In this document: in pieces, positions 1 to 10,313 of the stretch
Position numbering within the stretch: position 1 is the first letter of the stretch
Layout: every line of letters begins with the position of its first letter
Assembly: GCA_963755025.1 (NCBI GenBank)
Contig: CAVWIH010000021.1
Span: forward strand, 17,784 to 81,783
Length of the DNA: 64,000 nucleotides
Source of the DNA: an uncultured Actinomycetes bacterium
GTDB taxonomy: Bacteria > Actinomycetota > Thermoleophilia > UBA2241
Direction: 5' to 3'
Notes under the pieces: model-generated
Database searches by the model: none
Told to the model about the DNA's origin: nothing
What the model saw: the letters and a program-made list of their open reading frames with translations, nothing else
Position numbers and translations under genes: made by a program

Positions 1-255
1 CGACAAGCCGACGCGGCCGCGCAACGACGACCCCCAGCGCGCCACCCCCTCGAGGCCTCAAGGCCAGAGCGCACCCGGCGCACCCTAGACCACGGCGGGC
101 GGAGCCCGTCCCTCCCCTACGATCGCGGACCCACCGGACCACCGGCGGTCTCATGAAGAGCGAACCCTGCCGGGTCGCGCCTCTGTCTGAGCCGCCCCAC
201 CGGTCGATCGGATCGCTCTTCTTGCGAGCGTTTCTCGTGAAAGGAAGAGTGAGAC

Positions 256-1053
256 GTGATCGAGACCATCACCATCCTCGGAGGCCACGGCAAGACCGGC
301 GAGCCCGAACCGCGTGGAGCGCCTCGACCTGCAGATGGGCAACGTGGCGAGCATCGTCGGGCCCACCGGCTCGGGCAAGACCACCCTCATCAACGACATC
401 GAGATGTTCGCCGACGCGCGACACGCCCGTCGGGGCGCGCGCATCCTGATCAACGGCGAGCCCGCGCCCGAGGAGTACCGCAACGACCCCTCGCGCAACC
501 CCATCGCCCTGATCACCCAGCACACCACGTTCCTGTCCGACCTGCCGGTCGGCGAGTTCCTCGAGATCCACGCCCGGGTGCGCTCCGAGGGCGGCAAGCA
601 CGCCGCGAGCATGATCGCCGACACTATCGACTTCGCCAATCAGCTCACCGGCGAGGCGATCGGCGCTGGACGTGCGCATGACGGAGCTTTCGGGCGGCCA
701 GACCCGCTCGCTGCTGATCGCCGACGCGACCATCATCTGCGACACGCCGATCGTGCTGCTCGACGAGGTCGAGAATGCCGGCATCGACCGCTCGCGATGT
801 CTCGAACTGCTGCGCCGGCAGCGCAAGATCTTCATCTTCGTCACCCACGATCCCCGCATCGCGCTGCTCTCGGACTTTCGCATCGTCATCAGCGAGGGCC
901 GCATCATGAAGATCCTCGGGCACCAACGAGCGAAGAGCGCGAGCTGGCCACGCGAGGTCACAAAGCTCGACGACGTGCTCTCGAGCCTGCGCGACAAGCT
1001 GCGCCTTGGTCTACTCGCTGACCGGCGACGAGCTCCAGGGGGTCCTCGCATGA
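256..1053 (+). CDS. ABC-type ATPase without an adjacent permease (frameshifted in this sequence)
   Basis: Walker A GPTGSGKT (ORF 314..1021); signature LSGGQ, Walker B IVLLDE and H-loop VTHD (ORF 672). N-terminus MIETITILGG in a third frame after AAGGAAG. Restored C-terminus ends at TGA 1051-1053, overlapping the next ATG. Confidence 0.8.
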
Positions 1054-1751
1054 AGCTCGCCATCGCCGCTGGGCCGGCCACGACCGGCAAGACGTCGGTG
1101 CTGCGCCACGCCATCGGCAAGCTGCTCGACCACGGCGAGCGCGTGGCGTTCCTCAAGATCGACGTGCAGTTCGCCGAAGAGGACGAGCTGCTCGCCAAAG
1201 AGTTCGGCATCCCGACCCGCAAGCTCTACTCGGGCGAGCTCTGCCCCGACCATTGCAGCGTGATGGTGCTGGGCGACGCCATGGAGTGGGCCGACAAGCA
1301 GGGCTGCAACATCCTCCTGGTCGAGACGGCCGGCCTGTGCCTGCGCTGCGCGCCCTACGTTGACGGCGGCCTCGGCATCTGCGTGCTCGAGGCGACCAGC
1401 GGCATGAACCTGCCGCTCAAGGTCGGCCCCATCCTCTCGCTGGCCGACGTCTGCGTCGTGACCAAGGGCGACCTGGTCTCACAAGCCGAGCGCGAGGTCT
1501 TTCGGGCGCGCATCCAGGACGTCTCGCCGCTGGTGCAGATCCGCGAGGCCAACGCGCTCTACGGCATCGGCATCGACCCGCTGGTCAAGAGCATCCTCGA
1601 GACCCCCGAGGCCGGCGACCACATGCTGCTGCGCGGCAGCCCGCCGGTCGGTACCTGCACCATCTGCGTGGGCAAGCGCGAGGTCGGCTGGCAGTCGCAC
1701 TTCGGCGTGGTGCGCGCCCTCGACAACCTCAACTTCTACCGGGGGCAGTAG
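1050..1751 (+). CDS. HypB/UreG-like (G3E/SIMIBI) P-loop GTPase, putative metallochaperone
   Basis: GPATTGKT P-loop, SGELCPDH, ETAGLCLRC, TKGD (G4) and C-terminal CTIC; ATGA coupling to the upstream gene. Confidence 0.8.
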   Translation: MKLAIAAGPATTGKTSVLRHAIGKLLDHGERVAFLKIDVQFAEEDELLAKEFGIPTRKLYSGELCPDHCSVMVLGDAMEWADKQGCNILLVETAGLCLRCAPYVDGGLGICVLEATSGMNLPLKVGPILSLADVCVVTKGDLVSQAEREVFRARIQDVSPLVQIREANALYGIGIDPLVKSILETPEAGDHMLLRGSPPVGTCTICVGKREVGWQSHFGVVRALDNLNFYRGQ

Positions 1752-1754
1752 GCC

Positions 1755-2936
1755 ATGGAGGACTACACGTATCTCGACCACGCCGCCACCACGCCGCTCG
1801 ACCCGCGCGTGCGCGACGCCATGGCGCCGTTCCTCGACGGCGCCTTCGGCAACCCCTCGAGCCTGCACCGCCGCGGCCGCGAGGCGCACGACGCCCTCGA
1901 GGCCGCGCGCGCCGAGGTGGCCGCGCTGCTCGGCGCGCTTCCAGCCGAGATCGTCTTCACGGGCAGCGGCACCGAGGCCGACAACCTGGCGGTCTTCGGC
2001 GCCGTAGCCGCCATGGAGGGGCCCACGCACATCGTGACGAGCGCGTTCGAGCACCCCGCCGTGCTCGAACCGTGCCGGCAGCTCGAACGCCGGGGCGTCG
2101 AAGTGACGTACCTGCCGGTAGACGGCGACGGCATCGTGCGGCCCGAGTCGCTCGCCGCGGCGCTGCGGCCCACGACGCGCCTCGTGTCGGTCATGGCCGC
2201 CAACAACGTCGTGGGCACCGTACAGCCGCTCGTCGAGCTCGCCGGCCTGGCTCACGAGGCCGGCGCCCTGTTCCACACAGACGCCGTACAGGCGGCCGGC
2301 AAGCTGCCGCTCTGCGTCGATCGCCTGCCCATCGACCTGCTCTCGCTGTCGGCCCACAAGCTGCACGGTCCCAAGGGCGTCGGCGCCCTGTACGTGCGCG
2401 CCGGCCTCGAGCTCGAGCCGGTCGTGTGGGGCGGCGGTCAGGAGCGGGGGCTGCGCTCGGCGACCGAGAACGTCGCCGGCATCGTGGGCTTCGGCCGGGC
2501 CGCGTCGCTCGCCGGTGACGAGATGGGCGTGGACTCTGCCCGCCTGGTCGGCTACCGCGACCGCGTCTCCGAGTCCGTCACCGCGCAGATCGACAACGCC
2601 TACCTCATAGGCCACCCGTACCGGCGCCTGCCCGGGTTTCTGTGCTTCGGCTTCTCGGGCCAGGAGGCCGACGCCATCCGCCTGCTGTTCGCGCTCGACG
2701 ACGCCGGCATCGCCGTGTCGTCGGGCAGCGCCTGCAGCGCCCATAACGCCGGCGAACCGTCGTACGTGCTCACGGCGATGGGCTTCGACACGATCCGCGC
2801 CCGCGGTTCGCTGCGCGTGACCATGGGCCGCTTCACCACCGAGCACGACATCGACCACCTGCTCGAAGCGCTCCCCAAGGCGGCGGAGTCGCTCACCTCG
2901 ATCGCGTCGCATGCCGGGTTCGGCGTGCGCTCGTAA
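1755..2936 (+). CDS. iscS: Cysteine desulfurase (IscS/NifS, group I)
   Basis: YLDHAATT, GNPSS, HTDAVQ, PLP lysine SAHKLHGPKG, catalytic SSGSACS. Confidence 0.95.
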   Translation: MEDYTYLDHAATTPLDPRVRDAMAPFLDGAFGNPSSLHRRGREAHDALEAARAEVAALLGALPAEIVFTGSGTEADNLAVFGAVAAMEGPTHIVTSAFEHPAVLEPCRQLERRGVEVTYLPVDGDGIVRPESLAAALRPTTRLVSVMAANNVVGTVQPLVELAGLAHEAGALFHTDAVQAAGKLPLCVDRLPIDLLSLSAHKLHGPKGVGALYVRAGLELEPVVWGGGQERGLRSATENVAGIVGFGRAASLAGDEMGVDSARLVGYRDRVSESVTAQIDNAYLIGHPYRRLPGFLCFGFSGQEADAIRLLFALDDAGIAVSSGSACSAHNAGEPSYVLTAMGFDTIRARGSLRVTMGRFTTEHDIDHLLEALPKAAESLTSIASHAGFGVRS

Positions 2937-2949
2937 AGGAGCCAGACAC

Positions 2950-3894
2950 GTGACCGATACGACCCTCAGCGAACTGGAGCTGCCCGGCCTCGATTGCGGC
3001 CTGTGCGGCTTTCGTACCTGTACCGACATGGCGACCGCGCTGCCCGCCAAGCCCGAGCTGCTCAAGCGCTGCATCCCGCTGGCCGCCGACTTCATGAACG
3101 TGCAGGCAGCCCCGGCCGGCTCGCGGCCGGGCGACGGCGCGCCGCCGGCTGCGAGCGCGCGGCCGGCCGCCGCCACCACGCCGGCCGGCGCACGGCCGAC
3201 CGGCGCGGCCGCACCGTCTGGCGGGCCGACCCTCGCCGGCGACTGCGCGAGCTGCGACCCGGCGACGGGCTGCGCGCCGGGCGCCGCGCGCGGCTGGGGC
3301 AACCAGGCTCCGGTGCTGAACGCGGCGCAGTTCGGTCCGGCGACGGCCGACACCACAGCCTCGGAGACCGCCGGGCAGACAGTGCCCCGGGACGTGCGTA
3401 TCAGGGTCGCGTCCTCGCCGCGCGACGAGTGGCAGGACCACCTGGGCCGCGAGTACGACTTCGTGCTCGACCACTTCCCCGAAGAAGACGGCCCGCGCGA
3501 GCAGATCGTGCCCCACAACCCGATGATCACCCGCGAGCTCGAGATCGAGCCCGGCGAGATCCTCATAGGCCGGCCGCTGGGCATCTCGTGCGGCTGCCCG
3601 ATCACCCACTGCGGCATCGTGCAGAGTGTCGATACGTTCACCGGCGCCATCGTCTGGTGCGTCACCGGCCCGCTGCACCCCCGCCAGCACGGCTTCAAAG
3701 ACATCGGCTACTACTCGGCGCAAGCCTACGAGGGCCTCATCAACAAGGCGCGCATCGACGTCGAGATCGGCCGCCGATACTGGTTCCAGCCGCGCATGTG
3801 CATGATGCAGTGGCGCCACAGCGGCCTGGTGAACTTCATCAACCACGGTCCTGACGGACTGCAGGTGCGCATCGAAGGCCTGTGGATCGGCTGA
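2950..3894 (+). CDS. Uncharacterised Fe-S cluster protein (N-terminal LPGLDCGLCGFRTC Fe-S domain)
   Basis: RnfB/AcsC-type N-terminal Cys motif, Ala/Pro linker, C-terminal domain with SCGCPITHC and CMMQWRHSG; RBS AAGGAG before GTG 2950. Confidence 0.75.
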   Translation: MTDTTLSELELPGLDCGLCGFRTCTDMATALPAKPELLKRCIPLAADFMNVQAAPAGSRPGDGAPPAASARPAAATTPAGARPTGAAAPSGGPTLAGDCASCDPATGCAPGAARGWGNQAPVLNAAQFGPATADTTASETAGQTVPRDVRIRVASSPRDEWQDHLGREYDFVLDHFPEEDGPREQIVPHNPMITRELEIEPGEILIGRPLGISCGCPITHCGIVQSVDTFTGAIVWCVTGPLHPRQHGFKDIGYYSAQAYEGLINKARIDVEIGRRYWFQPRMCMMQWRHSGLVNFINHGPDGLQVRIEGLWIG

Positions 3895-3937
3895 CCGTTC
3901 GCGCCGCCGCCCGCCGCCCGACCGGGCGCCGCCGCCG

Positions 3938-3994
3938 CCGCCCGGCGTGAGCGCTCGCGGCGCCCCCCGCCCGGCGTGAGCGCTCGCGGCGCCG
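3938..3994. repeat. Two tandem copies of a ~29-bp GC-rich unit
   Basis: CCGCCCGGCGTGAGCGCTCGCGGCGCC occurs twice in the intergenic region. Confidence 0.75.
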
Positions 3995-4039
3995 CCCGCG
4001 GGATCTTCCTGTGACACCGTCTTCAGCTTGGGAATACTG

Positions 4040-4092
4040 TCCGCCAACGCTATATGTGTGTTTGTTGATAGGTTTACTGAGGTTATACTGGG
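4040..4092 (+). promoter_or_regulatory. AT-rich promoter region of cysK
   Basis: AT-rich island with TTGTTG (4062-4067) and TATACT (4084-4089) upstream of the GGAG RBS. Confidence 0.5.
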
Positions 4093-4129
4093 AACTGAAG
4101 ACCGGACCACCGACATGGAGAGGGCCACT

Positions 4130-5091
4130 ATGACTTACGCAGAGAACATCTCCGACCTGATTGGAGGCACGCCGCTCGTCAAGCTGCAGGCGCTCTCCAA
4201 GGACTCGGGCGCGACGATCCTCGGCAAGCTTGAGTCGTTCAACCCCGGGCGGCAGCGTCAAAGACCGCATCGGGCTCTCGATGATCGAGGCCGCCGAGAA
4301 GGCCGGCTTGATCACCCCCGGCAAGTCGACGCTGATCGAGCCGACCAGCGGCAACACCGGCATCGCCCTGGCCATGGTCGCCGCGGCTCGCGGCTACCGG
4401 CTGATCCTGACGATGCCCGACACGATGACCGTCGAGCGCCGCTCGCTGCTCAAGGCCTACGGCGCCGAGCTCGTGCTCACGCCGGGCGCCAAGGGCATGC
4501 CGGGCGCCATCGCCGCCGCCGGCGAGCTGCTGGCCGAGCACCCAGGCGCCTTCATGCCGCAGCAGTTCGAGAACCCGGCCAACCCCGAGATCCACCGCCA
4601 GACCACGGCCGAAGAGGTCTGGAAGGACACCGACGGCAAGATCGACATCTTCCTCGCCGCCGTGGGCACCGGCGGCACGGTGACCGGCGTGGGCGAGGTC
4701 CTCAAGGCAGCGCAAGCCCGACGTGAAGATCTACGCGGCCGAGCCGGCCGCCTCGCCGGTCCTGTCGGGCGGCCAGCCCGGTCCCCACAAGATCCAGGGC
4801 ACCGGCGCCGGCTTCGTGCCGAAGGTGCTGGACACCGGGATCTACGACGAGGTCATCAAGGTCGGCAACGACGAAGCCATCGAGACGGCGCGCCGCCTGG
4901 CTCACGACGAGGGCATCCTCGTCGGCATCTCGGCCGGCGCCAACGCCTGGGCGGCGTGGGACGTGGGACGGCGCCCCGAGAACCGGGGCAAGCTGATCGT
5001 CACCGTGCTCTGCGACACCGGCGAGCGCTACCTGTCGAGCGTGCTCTTCGCCGAGCCCGAGGTGCAGACCGCAGATGCGGCCAAGATCTAG
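4130..5091 (+). CDS. cysK: Cysteine synthase A (two frameshifts, near 4248 and 4710)
   Basis: [58 protein letters not shown] across three frames. Confidence 0.93.
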
Positions 5092-5118
5092 GGCCGTTAC
5101 ACTGACAAGCACCGGACC

Positions 5119-5150
5119 AAAAGCGCGGCGGGGTGACCCGCCGCGCTTTT
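5119..5150 (+). terminator. Intrinsic terminator after cysK (symmetric, possibly bidirectional)
   Basis: AAAAGCGCGGCGGG-gtga-CCCGCCGCGCTTTT perfect inverted repeat. Confidence 0.85.
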
Positions 5151-5232
5151 GGGGAATGATGGCGGCGCGGCACCCGTGAGAGCGGGACTGACAACCGGAA
5201 CGACATCGAGCGGTGCGAACGTGGAGAGAGAT

Positions 5233-6333
5233 ATGGAAGCTGGCGGCCCGCCCAAGACGGGGACCGATGCGCTCAGGCCCGGCCTCGACGCCCCCCTAGA
5301 CCAGGCGGCCATCGTCGCGTGGTTGCACGAAGACGACCCGCGACGCCTCGAGGAGCTGTGGCGCGCCGCCGACGACACACGCCGGCGCAGCGTGGGCGAC
5401 GAGGTCCATCTGCGCGGCCTGATCGAGCTCTCGAACTACTGCGTGCGCGCCTGCGGCTACTGCGGGCTGCGGGCTGCGAACCGCGAGATCGAGCGCTACC
5501 GCATGAGCGCCGACGAGATCCTCGAATGCGCCGGCAAAGCCAAAGAGTACGGCTACGGCACGGTCGTGCTGCAGTCGGGCGAGGACTACGGCATCCACGC
5601 CGACTGGATGGCCGACGTCGTGACGCGCATCAAGAACGAGGTCGGCCTGGCGGTCACGCTGAGCCTGGGTGAGCGCCCCGACGCCGACCTCGAGCTCTGG
5701 CGGGCGGCCGGCGCCGACCGCTACCTGCTGCGCTTCGAGACCTCCGACGACGCCCTCTACAAGCTGATCCACCCAGACCTGCCGGGGCGCCCATCCGACC
5801 GCTTCGCCATACTGCGTACGCTGCGCCGCCTGGGCTACGAGCCCGGCAGCGGCATCATGGTCGGCATCCCCGGTCAGACCTGGCAGAGCGTCGCCGACGA
5901 CATCAGCGCCTTCCGCGACCTCGACCTCGACATGATCGGGGTCGGGCCCTACATCTCGCACCCCGCGACGCCGCTCGGCGACCTCTCGTGGGCGCGCGAG
6001 ATCGCGCCCGACGAGCAGATCCCCAGCGACGAGCTCACCGTCTACAAGGTGGTGGCGCTCACGCGCCTGGTCTGCCCCGAGTCGAACATCCCGAGCACGA
6101 CCGCACTCGCCACGATCAACAAGATCGACGGGCGCGAGCAGGGCCTGCAGCGCGGCGCCAACATCGTCATGCCCAACCTCACGCCGCCCGAGTACCGCGT
6201 GCGCTACGAGATCTACCCCGACAAGGCCTGTGTGAACGAGACCGCCGAGATGTGCCGCGGCTGCCTGCAGGGCCGTATCGAGGCGATCGGCCGCGAGGTC
6301 GGCAGCGGCCCCGGCGGACGCCGGCGCGCCTGA
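5233..6333 (+). CDS. hydE: [FeFe]-hydrogenase H-cluster radical SAM maturase HydE
   Basis: CVRACGYC radical SAM motif, LQSGE, RYLLRFET, GPYISHPATP, PSTTALAT, MPNLTP, YEIY motif and C-terminal Cys cluster. Confidence 0.85.
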   Translation: MEAGGPPKTGTDALRPGLDAPLDQAAIVAWLHEDDPRRLEELWRAADDTRRRSVGDEVHLRGLIELSNYCVRACGYCGLRAANREIERYRMSADEILECAGKAKEYGYGTVVLQSGEDYGIHADWMADVVTRIKNEVGLAVTLSLGERPDADLELWRAAGADRYLLRFETSDDALYKLIHPDLPGRPSDRFAILRTLRRLGYEPGSGIMVGIPGQTWQSVADDISAFRDLDLDMIGVGPYISHPATPLGDLSWAREIAPDEQIPSDELTVYKVVALTRLVCPESNIPSTTALATINKIDGREQGLQRGANIVMPNLTPPEYRVRYEIYPDKACVNETAEMCRGCLQGRIEAIGREVGSGPGGRRRA

Positions 6334-6387
6334 AGAAGACCGGCAGCGGCCCGGGCCGGCCGGCTGGCACCGGCTTGGCCTGCTGGC

Positions 6388-7053
6388 TCAGAGCAGCGTC
6401 GAGCGCCTGAGGACGAGGCTGAACGAACCCGTCTGGTTGGAGCCCGTCAGCAGCAGGCTGTCGTCGCTTTTGCGGTAGGCAAACGACAGGTGCGCGCCTA
6501 TCTTGTCGGCCAGCGCCTCGATGATCGCACCGTGCGGACCGAGGGCGTCGTAGTCGATCACGAGCTTGTCGCCGCTGACCTTGCCCGGCAGCGACTCACG
6601 CGGCGCTCCGGCCTGGTTGGCGAAGACGATCATGAAGGCGCTGTCCTGGCGCGTGATCACTACCTTGTCCGACGAGTTGCCGGCGTAGGTCCACGTGCCC
6701 ACGAACTTCTGCGGGTCGACCGCGGGGAACAGGCGCGGCACTGCGACCACCGCGAGCAGCGCGGCCACCACGACGACGACCGCCGCGATGACGATCGCCT
6801 TGAGGGCGTTCGAGCGGGGTGCGGTGACGGGCGCCGGCGAGCGGACCGGGAGCGGCGCGGCGACCCGGGAGCCCTGCGGCCGACTGGCCGGCGGGTCGTA
6901 CCAGTTCGCCGTGGCCTCGAACGGCGACGGAGCCGACACGATCGGCTGCACAGGCGGCGGCGGAGGCGGCGCGACTTCGACGGCGGTGCCGCAGGTAGTG
7001 CAGTGCGTCGCGCCTTCGCGCAGTCCGGTGCCACAAACGGCGCAGAGCGCCAC
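6388..7053 (-). CDS. Zinc-ribbon single-pass membrane protein
   Basis: CAVC...CTTC, Pro-rich linker, one hydrophobic helix, C-terminal domain; GGGGAG RBS before GTG. Confidence 0.7.
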   Translation of the reverse strand: MALCAVCGTGLREGATHCTTCGTAVEVAPPPPPPVQPIVSAPSPFEATANWYDPPASRPQGSRVAAPLPVRSPAPVTAPRSNALKAIVIAAVVVVVAALLAVVAVPRLFPAVDPQKFVGTWTYAGNSSDKVVITRQDSAFMIVFANQAGAPRESLPGKVSGDKLVIDYDALGPHGAIIEALADKIGAHLSFAYRKSDDSLLLTGSNQTGSFSLVLRRSTLL

Positions 7054-7242
7054 GGTAGACTCCCCAGCTCGCTTACGAATACCGTAGGCAGGTATCGGAC
7101 GGTGAGCCGCCGACCTGAACCCGGCCGCGGATGCGGGCACAGCGTGCCGCCGTCCGGCTCTGCGCAAGCACGCGGGCGGCGCGGCGGGGGCATACCCGCC
7201 GGCCGTCGGGACCGTCGCCGCCCAGGACCGGCCCGCCGCCCG

Positions 7243-8091
7243 TCAGGACTGACCGGTCTCCCGCTTGAACTTGTCGAGGAAGTCGGCGAACTCGCGATCG
7301 ATGTCGACGCCCGCCGGAGGCGCGGCCGCCGGCGGTGAGGCGGCGCCGGTCGCAGTTGCGGCGGGCGCAGTGGGCGCGGCGGCGGTGGCGCTCGCGTCGT
7401 CGCCGGTGTCGTCGTCGCCGACGTCATCGCTGTCGGCGGCGCCCGGGTCGTCGGCGCCGGAGTCGTCGCCGTCGAGGCCGTCGTACTCGACCTTGTGGCC
7501 GTCCCGGATCGCGACCAGGGTGTTGACCACCCAAGGCCCCGCATCGCGGTCGCGCAAGCTCCTTGTGAGGCGCTCGAGGGCCGGTTCGCCGATGTCGACG
7601 AGCATCTCGGAGGCAGCTCGCTTGAGGCGCTCGCCGGCCCCGCCTTCAAGGACCTCGACGAGCCCCAGCACGAGGTCGCCCTGCTCCATGGCTTCGAGGA
7701 TGGCGAGGGCGTTCCCGGCGCGCGGCGGCACGTTGGGGTTGCGGGTCGCCGCCTCGAGCAGCGCGCCCACGGCGCCGGCCACCGAGATGATGTCGCTCAG
7801 GTGCAGCTCGGGCGGAGCGTCGCCGAGCGCTGCGCCGAGCAGCGCCTCGACCACGCCCGGCCCCCGACGGGCGAGCTTGCGCGTGACCTGATCGAGCAGC
7901 GGCCGGCTGGTGGGGTCGGGCGGCAGATCGAGGAGTGCCACGAGCACCGCGTCGTCGGTGTTGTCGTCGATCTCGTCGATGAAGTCGTCGAGCTGCTCGA
8001 CGGCATACTCGCGCGCGTCGTCGTCGCCGTGTTCGAGCGCGTCGTCGAACGCGTCGACGAGCTGCCGAGCGACCTCTGCACCTGAGTCCAT
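7243..8091 (-). CDS. Hypothetical acidic alpha-helical (HEAT-like) protein
   Basis: 282-aa ORF with host-like codon usage, helical repeats and an acidic low-complexity tail. Confidence 0.65.
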   Translation of the reverse strand: MDSGAEVARQLVDAFDDALEHGDDDAREYAVEQLDDFIDEIDDNTDDAVLVALLDLPPDPTSRPLLDQVTRKLARRGPGVVEALLGAALGDAPPELHLSDIISVAGAVGALLEAATRNPNVPPRAGNALAILEAMEQGDLVLGLVEVLEGGAGERLKRAASEMLVDIGEPALERLTRSLRDRDAGPWVVNTLVAIRDGHKVEYDGLDGDDSGADDPGAADSDDVGDDDTGDDASATAAAPTAPAATATGAASPPAAAPPAGVDIDREFADFLDKFKRETGQS

Positions 8092-8195
8092 GCCCGCATG
8101 GTACCGGGCCGGCGAGCGGCCGTCACGTTCCCGTGCGGGGACCGGTGCTCCGCGGTGTGACCGTCGCGCCGCCGCGCCCGCCCCCTCGAGCGACC

Positions 8196-8960
8196 TCAGA
8201 TGTCAGATTCGCGTGGCGCGCCGGCGGTCGGGATGTCCGAGGGCAGCTCGCCGGTCTCGAAGAAGGCACGGTAGACCAGCCCGGCGATCACGCCGCCGAC
8301 GATCGGGAACACGATGAAGACCCAGAGCTGACTGAGCGCCCAGCCGCGCTCGAACAGGGCCGGTCCCAGGCTGCGGGCCGGGTTCACCGAGGTGTTGTCG
8401 ACCGGGATGCTGATCAGGTGGATCAGCGTCAGCGTGAAGCCGATGGCCAGGGGCGCCAGCGCCTTGGGCGCGCGCGGGTGAGTGGCGCCGTGGATGATGA
8501 GCACGAAGAAGAAGGTGAGCACGACCTCGGTGACGATCACCGCCGCGAGCGAATAGCCGCCGGGCGAGTGCGCGCCGTAGCCGTTGGAGCCGAAGCCGCC
8601 GCTCAGGCTGAAGCCGGGCCTGCCCTTGGCGATCGCGTAGAGCACGGCCGCGGCGGCGATGGCGCCGAGCAGCTGCGCGACGATGTAGGCGATCAGGTCG
8701 CTCGCCGGAAAGCGCTTGCCGGCCCACAGACCGATCGAGATCGCCGGGTTCAAGTGCGCACCCGAGATCGGACCGAACGCATAGGCCATCGTCAGCACGG
8801 TAAGCCCGAAGGCGAGGGCTACCCCGACGAAACCGATGCCGATGTTGCCGAGGCCGGGGCCGCCGCTGAACTTGGCGGCAAGCACGGCGGCTCCGACGCC
8901 GCCGAACACAAGCCAGAAGGTGCCGATGAACTCGGCGGCGGCGCGTTTGCTCAAAGACAT
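8196..8960 (-). CDS. aqpZ: Aquaporin Z
   Basis: [18 protein letters not shown] and second NPA (SVNPARS), SPGGY loop typical of AqpZ. Confidence 0.95.
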   Translation of the reverse strand: MSLSKRAAAEFIGTFWLVFGGVGAAVLAAKFSGGPGLGNIGIGFVGVALAFGLTVLTMAYAFGPISGAHLNPAISIGLWAGKRFPASDLIAYIVAQLLGAIAAAAVLYAIAKGRPGFSLSGGFGSNGYGAHSPGGYSLAAVIVTEVVLTFFFVLIIHGATHPRAPKALAPLAIGFTLTLIHLISIPVDNTSVNPARSLGPALFERGWALSQLWVFIVFPIVGGVIAGLVYRAFFETGELPSDIPTAGAPRESDI

Positions 8961-9162
8961 AACTCATCCTTTGTAGAACGTCATACAACGTGGTAGCTAT
9001 GCCCACTCCCCCCGTCTGGGAACCTTCGGGGTCCGGCCCGCACGCTCCCGCGAAAGGTGTATGGGCGCGGGGCGCGGGCTATGCTAGGAAGCGGAAGAAA
9101 TGTTCGACGCGCGAGGCGCGTCGGGGCGCGAGGCGCAGGCGCCCGGCAACCACGGAGACGAC

Positions 9163-10153
9163 ATGCCGCTCGGAGGTTTTTGCGAGGTCTGCGACCGCTG
9201 GGTGTGGCTCACGCCTTACGGCGCCTGCGAGAACGGCCACCCTCCCACGAAGGTGCGCGACGTGCAGCAGCTCAAGGCGAGCACGTCGGTGGGCGTCGCG
9301 CCCTACGAGGGCGACTACGCGCCGTTCTCGCCGGGCAAGGCGCGCTTTCGCTTCTGGTGGCGCCACTCGCTGTGGATCGGCTGGACCTTCACGCTCGGCT
9401 TCTTCAACTGGCTGGCGTTCGTCTACATCGGCATCCGCGCCCGGCACCCGGCCTGGACGATCGCCGGCTTCGCCTACCTCATGCCGCTGATCCTCACGCG
9501 CGGCGTCGATCGGCACGCCGCTGTTTCGCGGGCTCGTCGCGCTTTGCAGCTCTTCGTGTCGGCCGCCTCGGTCGCCCACGCGCTCTACCTGCGTCCCTAC
9601 TACCGCGCCGTGATGTTCGGCGACGCGCCGCGCAACTCGCTGCCGGCGCCGCCCGCAAGACCCGCGCCTGCTGCCGCCGGCCGAGCGCCCGCCGCTGCCG
9701 CGCGGCATCGACGAGGCGGCGGGCGAGGTCATCCTCGCCGCCCGCCGCCAGGTCGACGCCGTCCGCGCCACGGCCGGCGCGATCGGCAAGCGCGCCGTGC
9801 AGGACAAGGTCGTGCGCCTCTGCCAGACCGCCGACCAGATCCTCGACGAGCTCGTCACCAAGCCCCGCAAGGTCGATGCCGCGCGCAGCTTCCTGACCTA
9901 CTACCTAGACGCCGCGCAGCGCATCGTCGACGGCTACGCCCAGCTCTCGGCGCGGCCCTCGACCTCGCCCGACATCGCCCGCGCCCTGGCGCGCGCCGAA
10001 GCCTCGCTCGACAGCGTGCAGACAGCCTTCGACCGGCAGCTCGACGGCGTGCTCGAAGACCGCGTGCTCGACCTCGAAAGCGAGATCGAGCTGCTCGAGA
10101 AGACCGTCCACATGGACGACTATTACAGCCAGACCGGCGGGCTGGAGACCTAG
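9163..10153 (+). CDS. XpaC-like (5-bromo-4-chloroindolyl phosphate hydrolysis family) membrane protein, frameshifted
   Basis: N-terminal Cys motif and TM segments (ORF 9100); C-terminal ARSFLTYYLD...DLESEIELL (ORF 9797); directly upstream of telA as in xpaC-yaaN pairs. Confidence 0.7.
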
Positions 10154-10313
10154 GAGCGAGACCATCGGGAACGGTCGGCGCCACGGCCGCCGCCCGCGCC
10201 GGGCGCGGGTGTAGACTCGGCCCGAGCGCGGAGCAGGTGCAGCGCATGTTCGGCGATCGCCGCCGCGGGTACTTGAGAGACACCCGAGGCCGCTTCAGCC
10301 AGACTGGGAGACG

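Noticed and set aside
120-255. Possible SAM riboswitch upstream of the sulfur cluster (GAAGAGCGA...TCGCTCTTC inverted repeat)
   Set aside because: SAM-I/IV core motifs such as GCAACC and the kink-turn were not found; only a generic stem is visible.
672-1751. Apparent ABC-ATPase/GTPase fusion ORF
   Set aside because: A shifted frame gives a natural ATPase end (SLTGDELQGVLA-stop) overlapping the GTPase ATG, so the fusion is probably an indel artefact.
1479-3704. Long antisense or alternate-frame ORFs (e.g. 1479..3704, 21195..23375, 61589..63442)
   Set aside because: Shadow ORFs expected at very high GC; they overlap well-supported genes and lack motifs.
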